From: a virus
Lineage: Duplodnaviria > Caudoviricetes
Length of the DNA stretch: 63,997 bases
Reading direction: 5' to 3' (one strand)
Virus record (IMG/VR): IMGVR_UViG_3300038393_001965
Span: 1-63,997 of that record
The first letter of the stretch is position 1. Each line of letters begins with the position of its first letter. Of the stretch, positions 10,024 through 20,032 are shown one piece after another. A program made the translations under genes and the position numbers. The notes beneath the pieces are model-generated. The model was not told the origin of the DNA, did no database searches, and was given only the letters and a program-made list of their open reading frames with translations.

Positions 10024-10981
10024 GTCGCAGATCACCAATCGAGCGGATAACCCGCCACAGAACCCGCCGAGGCGGCCACTCGACGAGGCGGTGGCAATTC
10101 TCACCAAGGGTCTTGACGCCGTCCTGGGGCGGCTAAAGAAGCTTGAGGCGCAGCCGGCTGGTCGCGACGGTCGCGATGGCATCGCCGGCCAGGTCGGTGC
10201 GCAGGGTGAACGAGGCCCACAGGGCGAACGCGGCGAGATCGGCCCGGCCGGCCACGAAGGCGCTGTTGGGCCGCGCGGCGAACGCGGCGAGACCGGGCCG
10301 CGCGGCGAACGCGGCGAAACAGGTCCGCAAGGGGACGCTGGACCAGCAGGCCCGCGTGGTGACGTCGGCCCGCAGGGCGCCGCCGGCGATATCGGTCCGG
10401 CAGGCCCCCAAGGCGAGCACGGCGAAACCGGAGCGCAGGGGGAACCTGGCCCGCGCGGAGAAGCCGGCCCTCAAGGTCTGGCCGGTGAGAACGGCCGCGA
10501 TGGTGCCATCGGACCTGCTGGCGCCGCTGGGGAGCAAGGTCCTCGCGGGGAACGGGGCGAACCGGGACCGGCTGGCGCCCAGGGCGAACGCGGTCCCGCC
10601 GGCGAACAGGGTATTGCCGGCCGGGATGGCCGTGACGGTCAGCCTGGCGCCATGGGCGATCGCGGACCCGAGGGGCGAGCCGGCGAGACCGGGCCGCAGG
10701 GCGAGGCTGGACCGCCGGGCCCGACCGGCGAACCCGGTCCTATGGGACCTGCCGGCGCGCGCGGACTTCAGGGGGAACGCGGCGAAGCTGGTCCAGTCGG
10801 TCCGAAGGGGCCGCGCGGCGATCGTGGCCTCGACGGTCCAGCCGGAAAAGATGGCAGTGACGGAGCCACCTTCGAATTCAGCGATTCCTATCCGCTTTCG
10901 CCGACCGACCTCAACAATCTGCGTGTCGTCGAAATGACCGATCAGCACGGCGCCGTCCGCCGAGTCATCACACTTGATTGA
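10013..10981 (+). CDS. Collagen-like protein (79 uninterrupted G-X-Y triplets)
   Basis: GRD...GAT triplet run flanked by a short helical N-terminus and small C-terminal domain; GGAG RBS. Confidence 0.9.
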   Translation: MPLKSQITNRADNPPQNPPRRPLDEAVAILTKGLDAVLGRLKKLEAQPAGRDGRDGIAGQVGAQGERGPQGERGEIGPAGHEGAVGPRGERGETGPRGERGETGPQGDAGPAGPRGDVGPQGAAGDIGPAGPQGEHGETGAQGEPGPRGEAGPQGLAGENGRDGAIGPAGAAGEQGPRGERGEPGPAGAQGERGPAGEQGIAGRDGRDGQPGAMGDRGPEGRAGETGPQGEAGPPGPTGEPGPMGPAGARGLQGERGEAGPVGPKGPRGDRGLDGPAGKDGSDGATFEFSDSYPLSPTDLNNLRVVEMTDQHGAVRRVITLD

Positions 10982-10988
10982 GGGGCAA

Positions 10989-11687
10989 ATGGCGAAACTT
11001 ATCAAGCAGCTGCAGGCGAAGTCAGAGGCGACCATCAAGGTCGTCGCCAGAGGTGCGCAGCGCGCCGAGATATACGTCTATGGCGTCATCGGTGGCGACT
11101 GGTTCGGCGACGGCGCCACGGCCTCGCAGTTCGCCAAGGATCTGAAGGCGGTCGGCAACGTCAGCGATATCGATCTTCATATCGATAGCGAGGGCGGCTC
11201 TGTCCAGGATGCCCAGGCGATGTATACCCTCCTCGTCGCTCACGCCGCCAAGATCACCACGCATATCGACGGCTGGGCTTGTTCCGCGGCCTCGTTCCTC
11301 GCCATGGCCGGCGAGGAGATCATCATCGGCGAAGGCGGTATGTTCATGATCCACAACGCCCAGATGGTGGCGTGGGGAGAAGCCGAGGATTTCGATCGCG
11401 CCGCCGCACTGCTGCGCACCACCAATCAGACCATCCTGCAGAAATATGTCGATCGCACCGGGTTGGCCGCCGATAAGGTGAAGGCCTGGATGGATGCGGA
11501 GACCTGGTGGACCGGCAAGGAAGCCGTCGACGCCGGCTTCTGCGACAAAGTGGTCTCGAACCTGAAGATCGCCGCGGTGGCAGCACGCGACGGCAAGCGT
11601 GACGTCTCGCGCTTCACTAACGTGCCGCTGGCACACCGCCCGCGCCGCAACCTCGCCGCGGCCAGGCTGGCAGCTCTCGCGAAATAG
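10989..11687 (+). CDS. ClpP-type head maturation protease
   Basis: IYVYGVIG, IDSEGGSV, DGWACSAAS, MFMIHN, ETWWTGKEAVDAGFCD. Confidence 0.95.
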   Translation: MAKLIKQLQAKSEATIKVVARGAQRAEIYVYGVIGGDWFGDGATASQFAKDLKAVGNVSDIDLHIDSEGGSVQDAQAMYTLLVAHAAKITTHIDGWACSAASFLAMAGEEIIIGEGGMFMIHNAQMVAWGEAEDFDRAAALLRTTNQTILQKYVDRTGLAADKVKAWMDAETWWTGKEAVDAGFCDKVVSNLKIAAVAARDGKRDVSRFTNVPLAHRPRRNLAAARLAALAK

Positions 11688-11761
11688 GAATCCCGGGCCG
11701 GTCCGGTAAGCCCATCCGCGCCTTGGGCAAGCGCACCAACCTCCCAAGATTGGAGAACTCT

Positions 11762-13222
11762 ATGACCAAGCACGTTGTGCTGCGGGCCGGCAACGGCTTG
11801 CTCCTGAATCGCGCGTTTCTCGGCGCGCTGATGACCGGTCGCGCCGGCTTCGGCCCGATCGTCATGGACGCCGTCACCGCGCTTGAGGAGCGCCGCGACG
11901 AGCTCATGGCGGCATCTCAGGCGATCATCGCCGCTGCCGATGAGGCCGAAATCGATCTCACCGACGAGGAGACCGACAAGATCGAGGCCAACGCGGCCGA
12001 GGTTGCCAAGATCGATCGACAGATCGCAGCTCGCAAGGCGATGGCGACTCCGCAGGGCCAGGGTCGCAAGACGACGCCGGAACCGCAGAATAAGAACGGC
12101 AGTGGCGACGGCCAGGGTCGTCGTGTCCCGGCGCAGCCGCGCATGGATAACCAACGTCATGGCTTCGCATCGTTCGGCGCATTTGCAACGGCAGTAAGCG
12201 GCCATTACACCCGTAAGGAGAACGACGAGGTCACCAAGCTGCGCAACGCCGCGACGACCTTTGGCAACGAAGGCACCGGCGCCGACGGTGGCTTCCTCGT
12301 CCCGCCGGAGTTCTCCGAAAGGATCTGGCAGAAGGTCGAGGCTGAGGAGAACCTCCTCACCCGTTGCGCCCCGCTGGTCACCAGCAAGAACGGCATGGCG
12401 ATCCCAAAGGATGAAACCACGCCTTGGCAGAACTCCGGCGGCATCCAGGTCTACTGGGAGGGCGAAGGCCAGGCGCCGGCGGGTAGCAAGCCGGCGCTCG
12501 AGCTCGGCACGTTGCGTCTCGCCAAGCTGTTCGGCCTTGTCCCGATCAGCGAGGAGCTGCTCGATGACGCCCCCGGCCTCGAATCCTGGCTGATGGTCAA
12601 GGCGCCGTCCAAGATGACGGCGAAGATCAACACCTCGATCGTCGCCGGCACCGGCGTCGGCCAGCCGCTCGGCATCATCCCAGGCTACTCGGCCGTCGGT
12701 GCCTCCGTCGTCCAGGTGTCGAAGGAGACCTCTCAGCCGGCCGATACGGTCTGGTTCGCCAACATCAACAAAATGTGGGGCCGCATGTATGCGGGCTGGC
12801 GCCGCAACGCGATCTGGCTGATCAACCAGGATGTGGAACCGCAGCTGGAAGGCATGGCCTTCGTCGGCAACGGCATCACCCCGACCGCGGCGTCGAGCAC
12901 CCCGGCTTACATGCCTCCGGGTGGCGTCGCCGATGCGCCTTACGCCCGCCTCAAGGGTCGCCCCGTCGTTCCGATCGAGGCTTGCGCCGCGCTTGGCGAC
13001 CTCGGCGATATCATCCTGTGCGACCTCAATCAGTACTGGGCGCTCACCAAGGCCGGCGGCATCACGACCGACACCTCGATCCACCTCTACTTCGATCAGG
13101 CGCTGACCGCCTTCCGTTTCATCTTCCGCGTCAACGGCCAGCCCGCCTGGTCGAGCACGATCACCCGCCAGAACGGCTCGTCCAACGAGCTGTCCTGGGC
13201 GGTGGCGCTGCAGGCTCGGTAA
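11762..13222 (+). CDS. Major capsid protein, HK97 fold with delta domain
   Basis: Coiled-coil N-terminus, DGGFLVPPEF, ISEELLDD, GTGVGQPLGI, LKGRPVV. Confidence 0.95.
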   Translation: MTKHVVLRAGNGLLLNRAFLGALMTGRAGFGPIVMDAVTALEERRDELMAASQAIIAAADEAEIDLTDEETDKIEANAAEVAKIDRQIAARKAMATPQGQGRKTTPEPQNKNGSGDGQGRRVPAQPRMDNQRHGFASFGAFATAVSGHYTRKENDEVTKLRNAATTFGNEGTGADGGFLVPPEFSERIWQKVEAEENLLTRCAPLVTSKNGMAIPKDETTPWQNSGGIQVYWEGEGQAPAGSKPALELGTLRLAKLFGLVPISEELLDDAPGLESWLMVKAPSKMTAKINTSIVAGTGVGQPLGIIPGYSAVGASVVQVSKETSQPADTVWFANINKMWGRMYAGWRRNAIWLINQDVEPQLEGMAFVGNGITPTAASSTPAYMPPGGVADAPYARLKGRPVVPIEACAALGDLGDIILCDLNQYWALTKAGGITTDTSIHLYFDQALTAFRFIFRVNGQPAWSSTITRQNGSSNELSWAVALQAR

Positions 13223-13232
13223 TCGGCCAGTC

Positions 13233-13260
13233 GCGCCCGCTTCGGCGGGCGCTCCCCTTC
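13233..13260 (+). terminator. cUUCGg hairpin after capsid gene (attenuator or mRNA stabiliser)
   Basis: GCGCCCGC-TTCG-GCGGGCGC with only a weak U-tract. Confidence 0.55.
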
Positions 13261-13303
13261 ACTCGCGCCACGGTGGCGCATCACCTGTCGGAAGGACAGA
13301 TCC

Positions 13304-13840
13304 ATGAACCAGCTCTTCGTTGAAGGCCACCAGGTCGTCCTGGGCTTCAAGCCGGTGGCGTTGAACACCGCCGCCAACTCCGGCGACATCGTGTCGCTCA
13401 AGAACTATGGTCGCTGCACCGTCATGTTCATCAAGGCGGTCGGTACCGCTGGCGATGATCCGACGCTCTCGTTCAAGCAGTACACCGATGTCGGCGGCAC
13501 CGGCATCAAGGCTCTCGCCTGCACCCGCATCGACAAGAAGCAGGCTGCTACCGATCTCACCGCCGTCGGAACCTTCACGAAATCGACGAGTGACAGCCCG
13601 GCGTCGAATGACACCTTCAACACCACCAACGGCACCTGGACGAACTCCGATCTTGCGGAGCAGGCCGCCATCGTCGTGGCAGATTTCAAGGCCGAAGATC
13701 TCGACATCGCCAACGGGTTCGATTGCTTGTCCTGCAATGTCGGCGATGTCGGCACCAACGCCCAACTTGGCACTCTGATCTACATCTTGGGCGAGCCCCG
13801 CTACTCCAAGGAAACGGTGCCATCGGCGATCGTCGATTAA
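13304..13840 (+). CDS. Putative head decoration / minor capsid protein
   Basis: Beta-rich, Thr-rich; immediately after capsid gene. Confidence 0.55.
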   Translation: MNQLFVEGHQVVLGFKPVALNTAANSGDIVSLKNYGRCTVMFIKAVGTAGDDPTLSFKQYTDVGGTGIKALACTRIDKKQAATDLTAVGTFTKSTSDSPASNDTFNTTNGTWTNSDLAEQAAIVVADFKAEDLDIANGFDCLSCNVGDVGTNAQLGTLIYILGEPRYSKETVPSAIVD

Positions 13841-13911
13841 TCGCCCCTCGTTCGAGTTTGCCTCCGGCTGAACCGGCCGGGGGCTAATCTTTTCGCAATG
13901 GAGATCCGACA

Positions 13912-14319
13912 ATGAAATTGCGTTTTGTTCAGAAGGCGCCTGGCCGCCATGAATACCAGGTTGGCAAGATCTATGACTTCAACGGCCCCGTAGAAGAAGG
14001 CTACGCCGCCAAGTATATCGACCGCGGCTGGGCAGTTGAAGTCGGCGGCGGCAAGAAGCAGGAACCCCCCGCCGATGCCGGCGATGTCACCAAGACCGAC
14101 GACGGCGGCAAGGGCTCCGGCGACACCGATGTCGGCCAGATCGGCACCGTCGATCGCGACGCCATCACCATCCCCGATGGCTGGGCTGACCTGCCCGCTT
14201 CCGACCTTCGCGCGCTTGCCGACTCCGTGGCCGACGCTCCGACCAAGAACAAGGCCGAAGCCGTCGCCGCCGTCGAGGCTGAGCTAGCCCGCCGCGCCGC
14301 TGCCAGCCAGCAGCAGTGA
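13912..14319 (+). CDS. Virion-associated protein with C-terminal HeH/LEM-like helices
   Basis: WADLPASDLRALA...TKNKAEAVAAVEAE; G/D/T-rich linker. Confidence 0.5.
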   Translation: MKLRFVQKAPGRHEYQVGKIYDFNGPVEEGYAAKYIDRGWAVEVGGGKKQEPPADAGDVTKTDDGGKGSGDTDVGQIGTVDRDAITIPDGWADLPASDLRALADSVADAPTKNKAEAVAAVEAELARRAAASQQQ

Positions 14320-14855
14320 TCGATCCGGCCGCCTTCGTCCACCCGAAGGCTCACGTCGACGCCGAGACGGTCAGCCTCGGCGCCGGCACCAAGGTGTTCC
14401 AGTTTGCCAGCGTGACGCGCGGCACCAGGATCGGCGCCGATTGCGTGATCTGGCCATTCGCCATGCTCGACGGTCCTGTCATCGGGGATAGGTGCAAGGT
14501 GGCCAGCGGCGTCACGATGGGGCCCGGCTTCAAGATCGGGAACGATTGCTTCATCGGTCCCAACGTCGTGCTGGCGAATGACTGCTGGCCGTTCGCCGAG
14601 ATGACCGGGGTCGATCACGAGAAGCTCACCGATGGCGTTCATTTCGCGGTGGTGATCGAGGACGGCGCCGTCATCGGTGCGAATTCCACGCTGCTGCCCG
14701 GCATCACGATCGGCGCCGGTGCCGTTGTCGCCGCGGGGTCGCGCGTGACGCGCAGCCTTCCGCCTAGCGCGGTGTGGCGCGCCGAAAACGGCTACATCAG
14801 CCAGGTACCGAAAAATTGGCGCGAGAAGCGCATGCGCTGGGCGAGGTCCGCCTGA
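14316..14855 (+). CDS. Hexapeptide-repeat (left-handed beta-helix) acetyltransferase, sugar acetyltransferase-like
   Basis: IDPAAFVHP; IGNDCFIGPNVV; IEDGAVIGANSTLLPGITIGAGAVVAAGSRVT. Confidence 0.9.
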   Translation: MIDPAAFVHPKAHVDAETVSLGAGTKVFQFASVTRGTRIGADCVIWPFAMLDGPVIGDRCKVASGVTMGPGFKIGNDCFIGPNVVLANDCWPFAEMTGVDHEKLTDGVHFAVVIEDGAVIGANSTLLPGITIGAGAVVAAGSRVTRSLPPSAVWRAENGYISQVPKNWREKRMRWARSA

Positions 14856-15481
14856 TGCTCACCGTGGCAACGGCGTTCTGGGACGCCAACGCGGCGTCCT
14901 TCGACTTCAGTCGCCGCTACTCGGAGGAATGGGTCGACAAGCTCTTTCGCGGCTTTATGCGCAATCTCACGATGCCGTTTCAATTCGTCTGCTTCACGGA
15001 AAGACCTCGCGAGTTCCGCGAAGAGATCATCCAGGAGCCGCTCACCATTGAGCCGCCGGACTATCGGTGCCTGATCGAGCCGTATCGGCTTGGCGAACCG
15101 ATGATCCTGGTTGGGCTCGACACCGTCGTCACCGGAAGCTGCGACGCCCTGGCCGACTATGTGCTGGGCGGTGGCGAGCTCGCGCTCCCGCGCGATCCGT
15201 TCTCACGCGAGCGCGCCTGCACTGGTGTCGTCCTGGTGCCGGCCGGCCGCGAAAGCATCTGGTTGAACTACACCGGCCGCGACGACATGGAGCACATGCG
15301 GGCGCAACCGCACGCCTTCATCGATGATCTCTTCCCAGGCCAGGTGCTGAGCTGGAAGGGCGACATCAGGAATATCGGGCTTGAGACGCTACCCGCCGGT
15401 GCGCGGATCATCTATTTCCACGGTGCCGACAAGCCGCATGAGCTCGGCCACCTCGATTGGGTCTGGGAACATTGGAGCTAG
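14855..15481 (+). CDS. Glycosyltransferase, GT-A (GT8-like) fold
   Basis: YSEEWVDKL...RNL..PFQFVCFTE; GLDTVVTG (DxD-like); IIYFHGADKPHE. Confidence 0.75.
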   Translation: MLTVATAFWDANAASFDFSRRYSEEWVDKLFRGFMRNLTMPFQFVCFTERPREFREEIIQEPLTIEPPDYRCLIEPYRLGEPMILVGLDTVVTGSCDALADYVLGGGELALPRDPFSRERACTGVVLVPAGRESIWLNYTGRDDMEHMRAQPHAFIDDLFPGQVLSWKGDIRNIGLETLPAGARIIYFHGADKPHELGHLDWVWEHWS

Positions 15482-16119
15482 ATCGTTGGGCCCCGCAGCC
15501 GACCTGGCGCGGTATGGCTGCCTTCGTCATCGCATCGGGGCCCAGTCTCACCCGCGATGTCTGCGATAAGATCAGGGGCCACAACGCCATCGTCGTCAAC
15601 GCGTCGTTCCGGCTGGCGCCCTGGGCGCCGATCTTGTTCTTCACCGACAGCAGCTTCTACGAACAATACTGGGATGCCGTCGAAGCCTGGAACGGCGAGA
15701 TCGTGACGCTCTCGAAGGCGGCGAAGCGCGATCTCAGCGATCGTGTCCAGCTGCTCGCCTCTGAAGGCGATCCTTCGCTGCCATTGCTCGATTTCCCGCC
15801 GGCTGGCGCTCCTGCAGTCGCCCAAGGAAGGACCAGCGGCCACACCGCAACTTCGGTGGCAGTCGCGCATCGACCCGCCCACCTCGGTCTTGTCGGTTTC
15901 GACATGCGCGTCGTCGATGGCCGCGAGCACCACCACGCCGAGTACAAAGGTCCGCGCGATCTCGACGTCTATGCCAGCGATTATGTGCCAGCCTTCGTCG
16001 GCTGGAATGCCGCGGCACTGCGCGCGGGCGTCAAAATCTGGAACTGCACGCCGGGATCGGCCGTGAACGAATTCGAATTTGCCGACGTCGACGAGGTCAT
16101 CGCATGCGCTCGATCCTGA
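15472..16119 (+). CDS. Maf/DUF115-like (sialyltransferase-type Rossmann fold) putative glycosyltransferase
   Basis: FVIASGPSL; AIVVNAS; FFTD; TSGHTA; LGLVGFDM; start position uncertain. Confidence 0.65.
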   Translation: MELDRWAPQPTWRGMAAFVIASGPSLTRDVCDKIRGHNAIVVNASFRLAPWAPILFFTDSSFYEQYWDAVEAWNGEIVTLSKAAKRDLSDRVQLLASEGDPSLPLLDFPPAGAPAVAQGRTSGHTATSVAVAHRPAHLGLVGFDMRVVDGREHHHAEYKGPRDLDVYASDYVPAFVGWNAAALRAGVKIWNCTPGSAVNEFEFADVDEVIACARS

Positions 16120-16751
16120 CGGTGACATCACCTGCGGGTGACCGCACGCTGCTCACCATCGCCGAGATGCGGGAAGCCGCCGGCGTCACCGTGAACACCT
16201 ACGACACCCAGCTGCAGAGCATCGAGAAGCGGATCACTGCCGCGATCACGACGGAATGCAATATCGCCATCGGTTCCGGTGCGCCACCGACGCTGCGCCA
16301 GGAAACGCTGACCGAGACGTTTTATCAGATATATGGCGAAGAGCTTGTCCTCTCTCGCCGGCATGAGATCTCGGTCTCAAGCCTGGTCGAGGATGGCGTC
16401 ACGCTCACCGATGCCGACATTATCGTCGACCCCGAAACCGGGATCATGAACAAGATCTGCAACGATTATCCGACCTGGTGGTCGGCGCGGAAGATCGTGG
16501 TCGTCTATAACGCCGGGTTCGCCACTGTCCCCGACGATCTGAAGATGGCGGCGATCGAGTTCATGCGCACCACCTGGCTCGGTGCCTCGCGCGACCCGCT
16601 GGTGAAGAGCCAGCGCGTCCGGGTCTACGATGTCGACGAGACCGAAACACAATACTGGGTCGGGTCGGTGCCGGGCCAATCAAGCGAAAGCGCGGTGCCG
16701 GATATCGTCGCCGGTCAGCTCACCCGCTTCAGGATCGCGGCGGTCGGCTAA
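16104..16751 (+). CDS. Head-tail adaptor (gp6-like)
   Basis: LLTIAEMR; VVYNAGFATVPDDLKMAA. Confidence 0.85.
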   Translation: MRSILTVTSPAGDRTLLTIAEMREAAGVTVNTYDTQLQSIEKRITAAITTECNIAIGSGAPPTLRQETLTETFYQIYGEELVLSRRHEISVSSLVEDGVTLTDADIIVDPETGIMNKICNDYPTWWSARKIVVVYNAGFATVPDDLKMAAIEFMRTTWLGASRDPLVKSQRVRVYDVDETETQYWVGSVPGQSSESAVPDIVAGQLTRFRIAAVG

Positions 16752-17092
16752 TGGCGGATCTCTCCGACACCCCGGCCGGCATAATCTCCCGGCTCGATAA
16801 CTCGCTGGCAAAGCATGGCGAGGACATCTCCGTCCGGCGGGGCGCCACCACCGTGGCGGTGCGCGCTCGCGTCATCCCGGTCCGGCCGGAGCAGCTCGCC
16901 GGCATCGTCGACGAGACGTTCTGCAACGTCATTTTGAGCCCGACGCAACTCAACGCGGCTTCCTGGGTCTTTCCCATCAAGAAGGGCGACCAGGTCGTCG
17001 AGGCCTCCGGCAAGGTGCGTACCGTTGAATTCCCGAAGCACAAACGCGTCGGCAACACGCTGGTGCGGATCGAACTTCTCGTCGGCGGCTGA
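16751..17092 (+). CDS. Head closure / head-tail joining protein
   Basis: Synteny, size, IKKGD motif. Confidence 0.65.
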   Translation: MADLSDTPAGIISRLDNSLAKHGEDISVRRGATTVAVRARVIPVRPEQLAGIVDETFCNVILSPTQLNAASWVFPIKKGDQVVEASGKVRTVEFPKHKRVGNTLVRIELLVGG

Positions 17093-17766
17093 TGCCCTTC
17101 CAAACCTTCGAGCGCGATCTGCGGCTCGCCACGGCCGGCCTGCAGCCGGCCGAGATCAACAAAAGGCTCGCCGCCTTTGCGCGCGACCAACTTGCCGCTA
17201 CGATCGCCGCTGGTGAAGGTTCGGCGAACTACGATCGTTTCGTCAACGGGCGCGAAGGCGCGCCGGAGGAAAGCGTCCAGGTCCCCGGTGTCATCCTCTA
17301 CGCCTTCAATTGGTGGGACGACGTCATCGCCGCCGCTTTCGAGGAGCTCGAGAAGCGCTCACCGCGGAAAACCGGCAGATATGCGAGATCGTTCATCGCG
17401 ATCAGCAACGGTGCCGTCATCACCGACTACAGCAGCCTTCCCGGCACCGCCGAGGTCATCATCACCAACTTCCAACCATACATCCGGAGAACGGAGGCTC
17501 GGGAAAGGGTATTTGCAGCGGCACGGCTGGCGTTGGCGCGTCGCTTCGGCAACGCCTACCGCGTCGAGATCCGATTCCTCAGCATCGCCGCCGGTGTCCA
17601 TCCGGCGATCCCGTACATCCTGAAGGGTGCCTATGCGGCGCGGCGTAACGCCCGCATTGCCAATCCCGCAAATTTCGCAGGCCAGAGCATCCCGCGTCGT
17701 AAAGACCAGGAGCCCGGGCAACCGATCACCTATCCTGCGCTCATCATCAACGCCCTGGCAGCCTAG
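17092..17766 (+). CDS. Neck / tail completion protein (HK97 gp10-like)
   Basis: SPRKTGRY, ITNFQPY; synteny. Confidence 0.6.
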   Translation: MPFQTFERDLRLATAGLQPAEINKRLAAFARDQLAATIAAGEGSANYDRFVNGREGAPEESVQVPGVILYAFNWWDDVIAAAFEELEKRSPRKTGRYARSFIAISNGAVITDYSSLPGTAEVIITNFQPYIRRTEARERVFAAARLALARRFGNAYRVEIRFLSIAAGVHPAIPYILKGAYAARRNARIANPANFAGQSIPRRKDQEPGQPITYPALIINALAA

Positions 17767-18183
17767 ATGTCATCCGTCATCGCCTTCGACACCATTTCGC
17801 AGCGTCTCACCGCGAGCTGGACGGCCACCGCGCTGGTCTTCGAGAACGCCGATTTCGATCTCCCCAACGAGCCGACAACGTTCGTCTACGTCGAGATGTG
17901 GGCGATCCCAGGCGGGTTTGATCGGGCGTCCATTGGCGGCGGCGATCGAGACGACAATCTCTGGCGCGAATACGGCACGCTCGACATGTACGTGATGGTA
18001 CCGAAGGGCACCGGCAGCCGGGACGCCCGCGACAAAGCGGGCCAGCTTATCGACCTCTTCCGAGGTTTCGAAATCGGCGATCTCACCTTCCTTGAAGCCT
18101 CCATTGGCGAAGGCCAGCCGGGCCGCGAGTTTGCCAATTACTGGGGCATGAACGCTTCAATTTCATGGAGACGCGACCAATGA
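17767..18183 (+). CDS. Tail terminator protein
   Basis: FENADF...VPKGTG...LIDLFRG; just before the tube gene. Confidence 0.75.
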   Translation: MSSVIAFDTISQRLTASWTATALVFENADFDLPNEPTTFVYVEMWAIPGGFDRASIGGGDRDDNLWREYGTLDMYVMVPKGTGSRDARDKAGQLIDLFRGFEIGDLTFLEASIGEGQPGREFANYWGMNASISWRRDQ

Positions 18184-18395
18184 CCATCACCGTCAACAAG
18201 TCTTTCAACACCGCCCTGCAGCGCTTCAAGGCCGGCGACGAGATCCCGGACGGCGCCGATCTCGCCCCGCATACCGTCGAAAGCCTGATCGATGCCGGTT
18301 ACCTGGCGAGCCCGCCTCTCGCGAGGGCCCCGATCGCGCCTCCGGCGAAAGCCAAGACCGACGAGAAGCCGGTCGACGACAAGCCTACCGAGTAG
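18180..18395 (+). CDS. Small hypothetical virion protein
   Basis: Coupled ORF; FKAGD...LIDAGYL. Confidence 0.6.
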   Translation: MTITVNKSFNTALQRFKAGDEIPDGADLAPHTVESLIDAGYLASPPLARAPIAPPAKAKTDEKPVDDKPTE

Positions 18396-18466
18396 CACCA
18401 GAAACCTTCCCCTCAACCTCGCTCCGCCCCGCCTGACCGCGGTGCCATCTGTCATGGAGAAGCATC

Positions 18467-19933
18467 ATGAGTGACGCAAACCGCGTTCGCTTGACCCACG
18501 TGCGCGAGCTCACTCTCGGCACCACGCCTGGTACCCCGCGTATGCGCAAGGCGCGCATGACCGGAGAGACGCTTCGCTTCGCGCCGTCGTTCGTCACGCC
18601 CGAGGAGATCCGCGATGACCGCATGAATGCGGATCCGGTGAAGGTCGACGAGATGAACGACGGCCCGGTCAACGGCGAGTTGTCGTGGCCGCCGCACGGA
18701 TCGCCGTTCTCCGATTGGCTGGAATCGCTCTTCTGCAACACTTGGAGCAACGCGCCGTTCCGAGATAATGATGGTACCGCGGATAGCGTCATCACCGGGA
18801 TCGCCACATCGGGCACCGTGGCAACCGTAACCACCGGGGATGCCTTCGTTGCCGGGCATCTCGTCCGCTTCAGCGGTTTCGGCGTAGCCAACAACAACGG
18901 CGTGTTCAAGTGCACGACCGGATCGGCTACGGTTCCCGCTTTTGTAGGCTCCGGCATCACTGATGAGGCAGCTCCTGCAGCTGCTGCCCGCATGAAGGTC
19001 GTCGGCTTCCAGGGTGCCTCCGGGGACATCGTTGCAGCGGCAAATGGTCTGACGTCGACGTCGCTCGATTTCACCACGCTCGGCCTCAAGGTGGGCCAAT
19101 GGGTCAAGATGGGCGGCACCGCCACCGGCGACAAGTTCGCCACCGCGGCCTGCAACGGCTGGGCTCGCATCATCGCGATCGCCGCCAATCTGCTCACGCT
19201 CGACAATCTGCCCACGGGCTGGACGACCGACACAGGTACCGGCAAGACCGTCAAGGTCTGGGTCGGTGATACGATCAAGAACGGGTTGCTGACGCTCGGT
19301 CAGACCCTCGAACGTGGCTTCCTCGACCAGTCGGTGCCAACCTATATCGCGCAACGCGGCATGGTGGTCGATCAGGGCGTCTTCAACTTCGCCACCAAGC
19401 AGATCGCGAAGTGGGCGATGACGTTCGCCGGATTGACCGGCGCGGAAAGCCAGACCTCGCTCGATTCGTCGCCTGACGATGCCACCACCAACGCCATCAT
19501 GGCGGCCGCGGTGAACGTCGGCCGCATCGCTGAGAACGGAACGGTCATCGGCGGCCCGAACTTCATCGAGTCGGTCGACATCACCGTCAAGAACAACCTG
19601 CGCATGATCGGCGGTATCCGCTCCGACGGTCTCGTCGGCCCCGAAGACATCGGCAAGGGCTCCGTCGACGCCACCGTGGCGATGTCGACGTTCTTCGGCA
19701 GCGATACCTTGCTGGCCAAGCTGTTCTCCGGCGTCGCCACAAACATCAATATCCGCATCGCCAAGAACAGCCAGGCGATGGTTTGGGCGCTCCCGCGCCT
19801 CACCTACACCCAGGGGCAGACCAACGCGACGGCGAAGAACACCGATACCAAGCTGCCGCTGACCAGCGAGGCCTCTTACGACAGCCTGACGCAGGCTCAC
19901 ATCCTCCTGGACCGGTTCGAATACTACGAATGA
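18467..19933 (+). CDS. Tail tube protein with internal beta-domain insertion
   Basis: ELTLGTTP, EEIRDDR, GPVNGEL N-terminus; long for a tube protein; precedes chaperones. Confidence 0.8.
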   Translation: MSDANRVRLTHVRELTLGTTPGTPRMRKARMTGETLRFAPSFVTPEEIRDDRMNADPVKVDEMNDGPVNGELSWPPHGSPFSDWLESLFCNTWSNAPFRDNDGTADSVITGIATSGTVATVTTGDAFVAGHLVRFSGFGVANNNGVFKCTTGSATVPAFVGSGITDEAAPAAAARMKVVGFQGASGDIVAAANGLTSTSLDFTTLGLKVGQWVKMGGTATGDKFATAACNGWARIIAIAANLLTLDNLPTGWTTDTGTGKTVKVWVGDTIKNGLLTLGQTLERGFLDQSVPTYIAQRGMVVDQGVFNFATKQIAKWAMTFAGLTGAESQTSLDSSPDDATTNAIMAAAVNVGRIAENGTVIGGPNFIESVDITVKNNLRMIGGIRSDGLVGPEDIGKGSVDATVAMSTFFGSDTLLAKLFSGVATNINIRIAKNSQAMVWALPRLTYTQGQTNATAKNTDTKLPLTSEASYDSLTQAHILLDRFEYYE

Positions 19934-20032
19934 CCGAGACCCCGCGCCGACACGCGGGTTGAGTTCTTGCGCAAGACGGCGGCGGGTTGTCGGAACCCGC
20001 CGCCACCCTTTCCCGACAAAAGGATATCCGAC

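Noticed and set aside
10160-10870. CRISPR array or DNA tandem repeat
   Set aside because: Periodicity comes from Gly-X-Y codons; no repeat-spacer structure and no cas genes in the window
14316-16119. DNA hypermodification or O-antigen conversion cassette
   Set aside because: No base-modifying enzymes or GtrA/GtrB-like membrane components, and the genes are coupled within the late structural operon; disfavoured, not excluded
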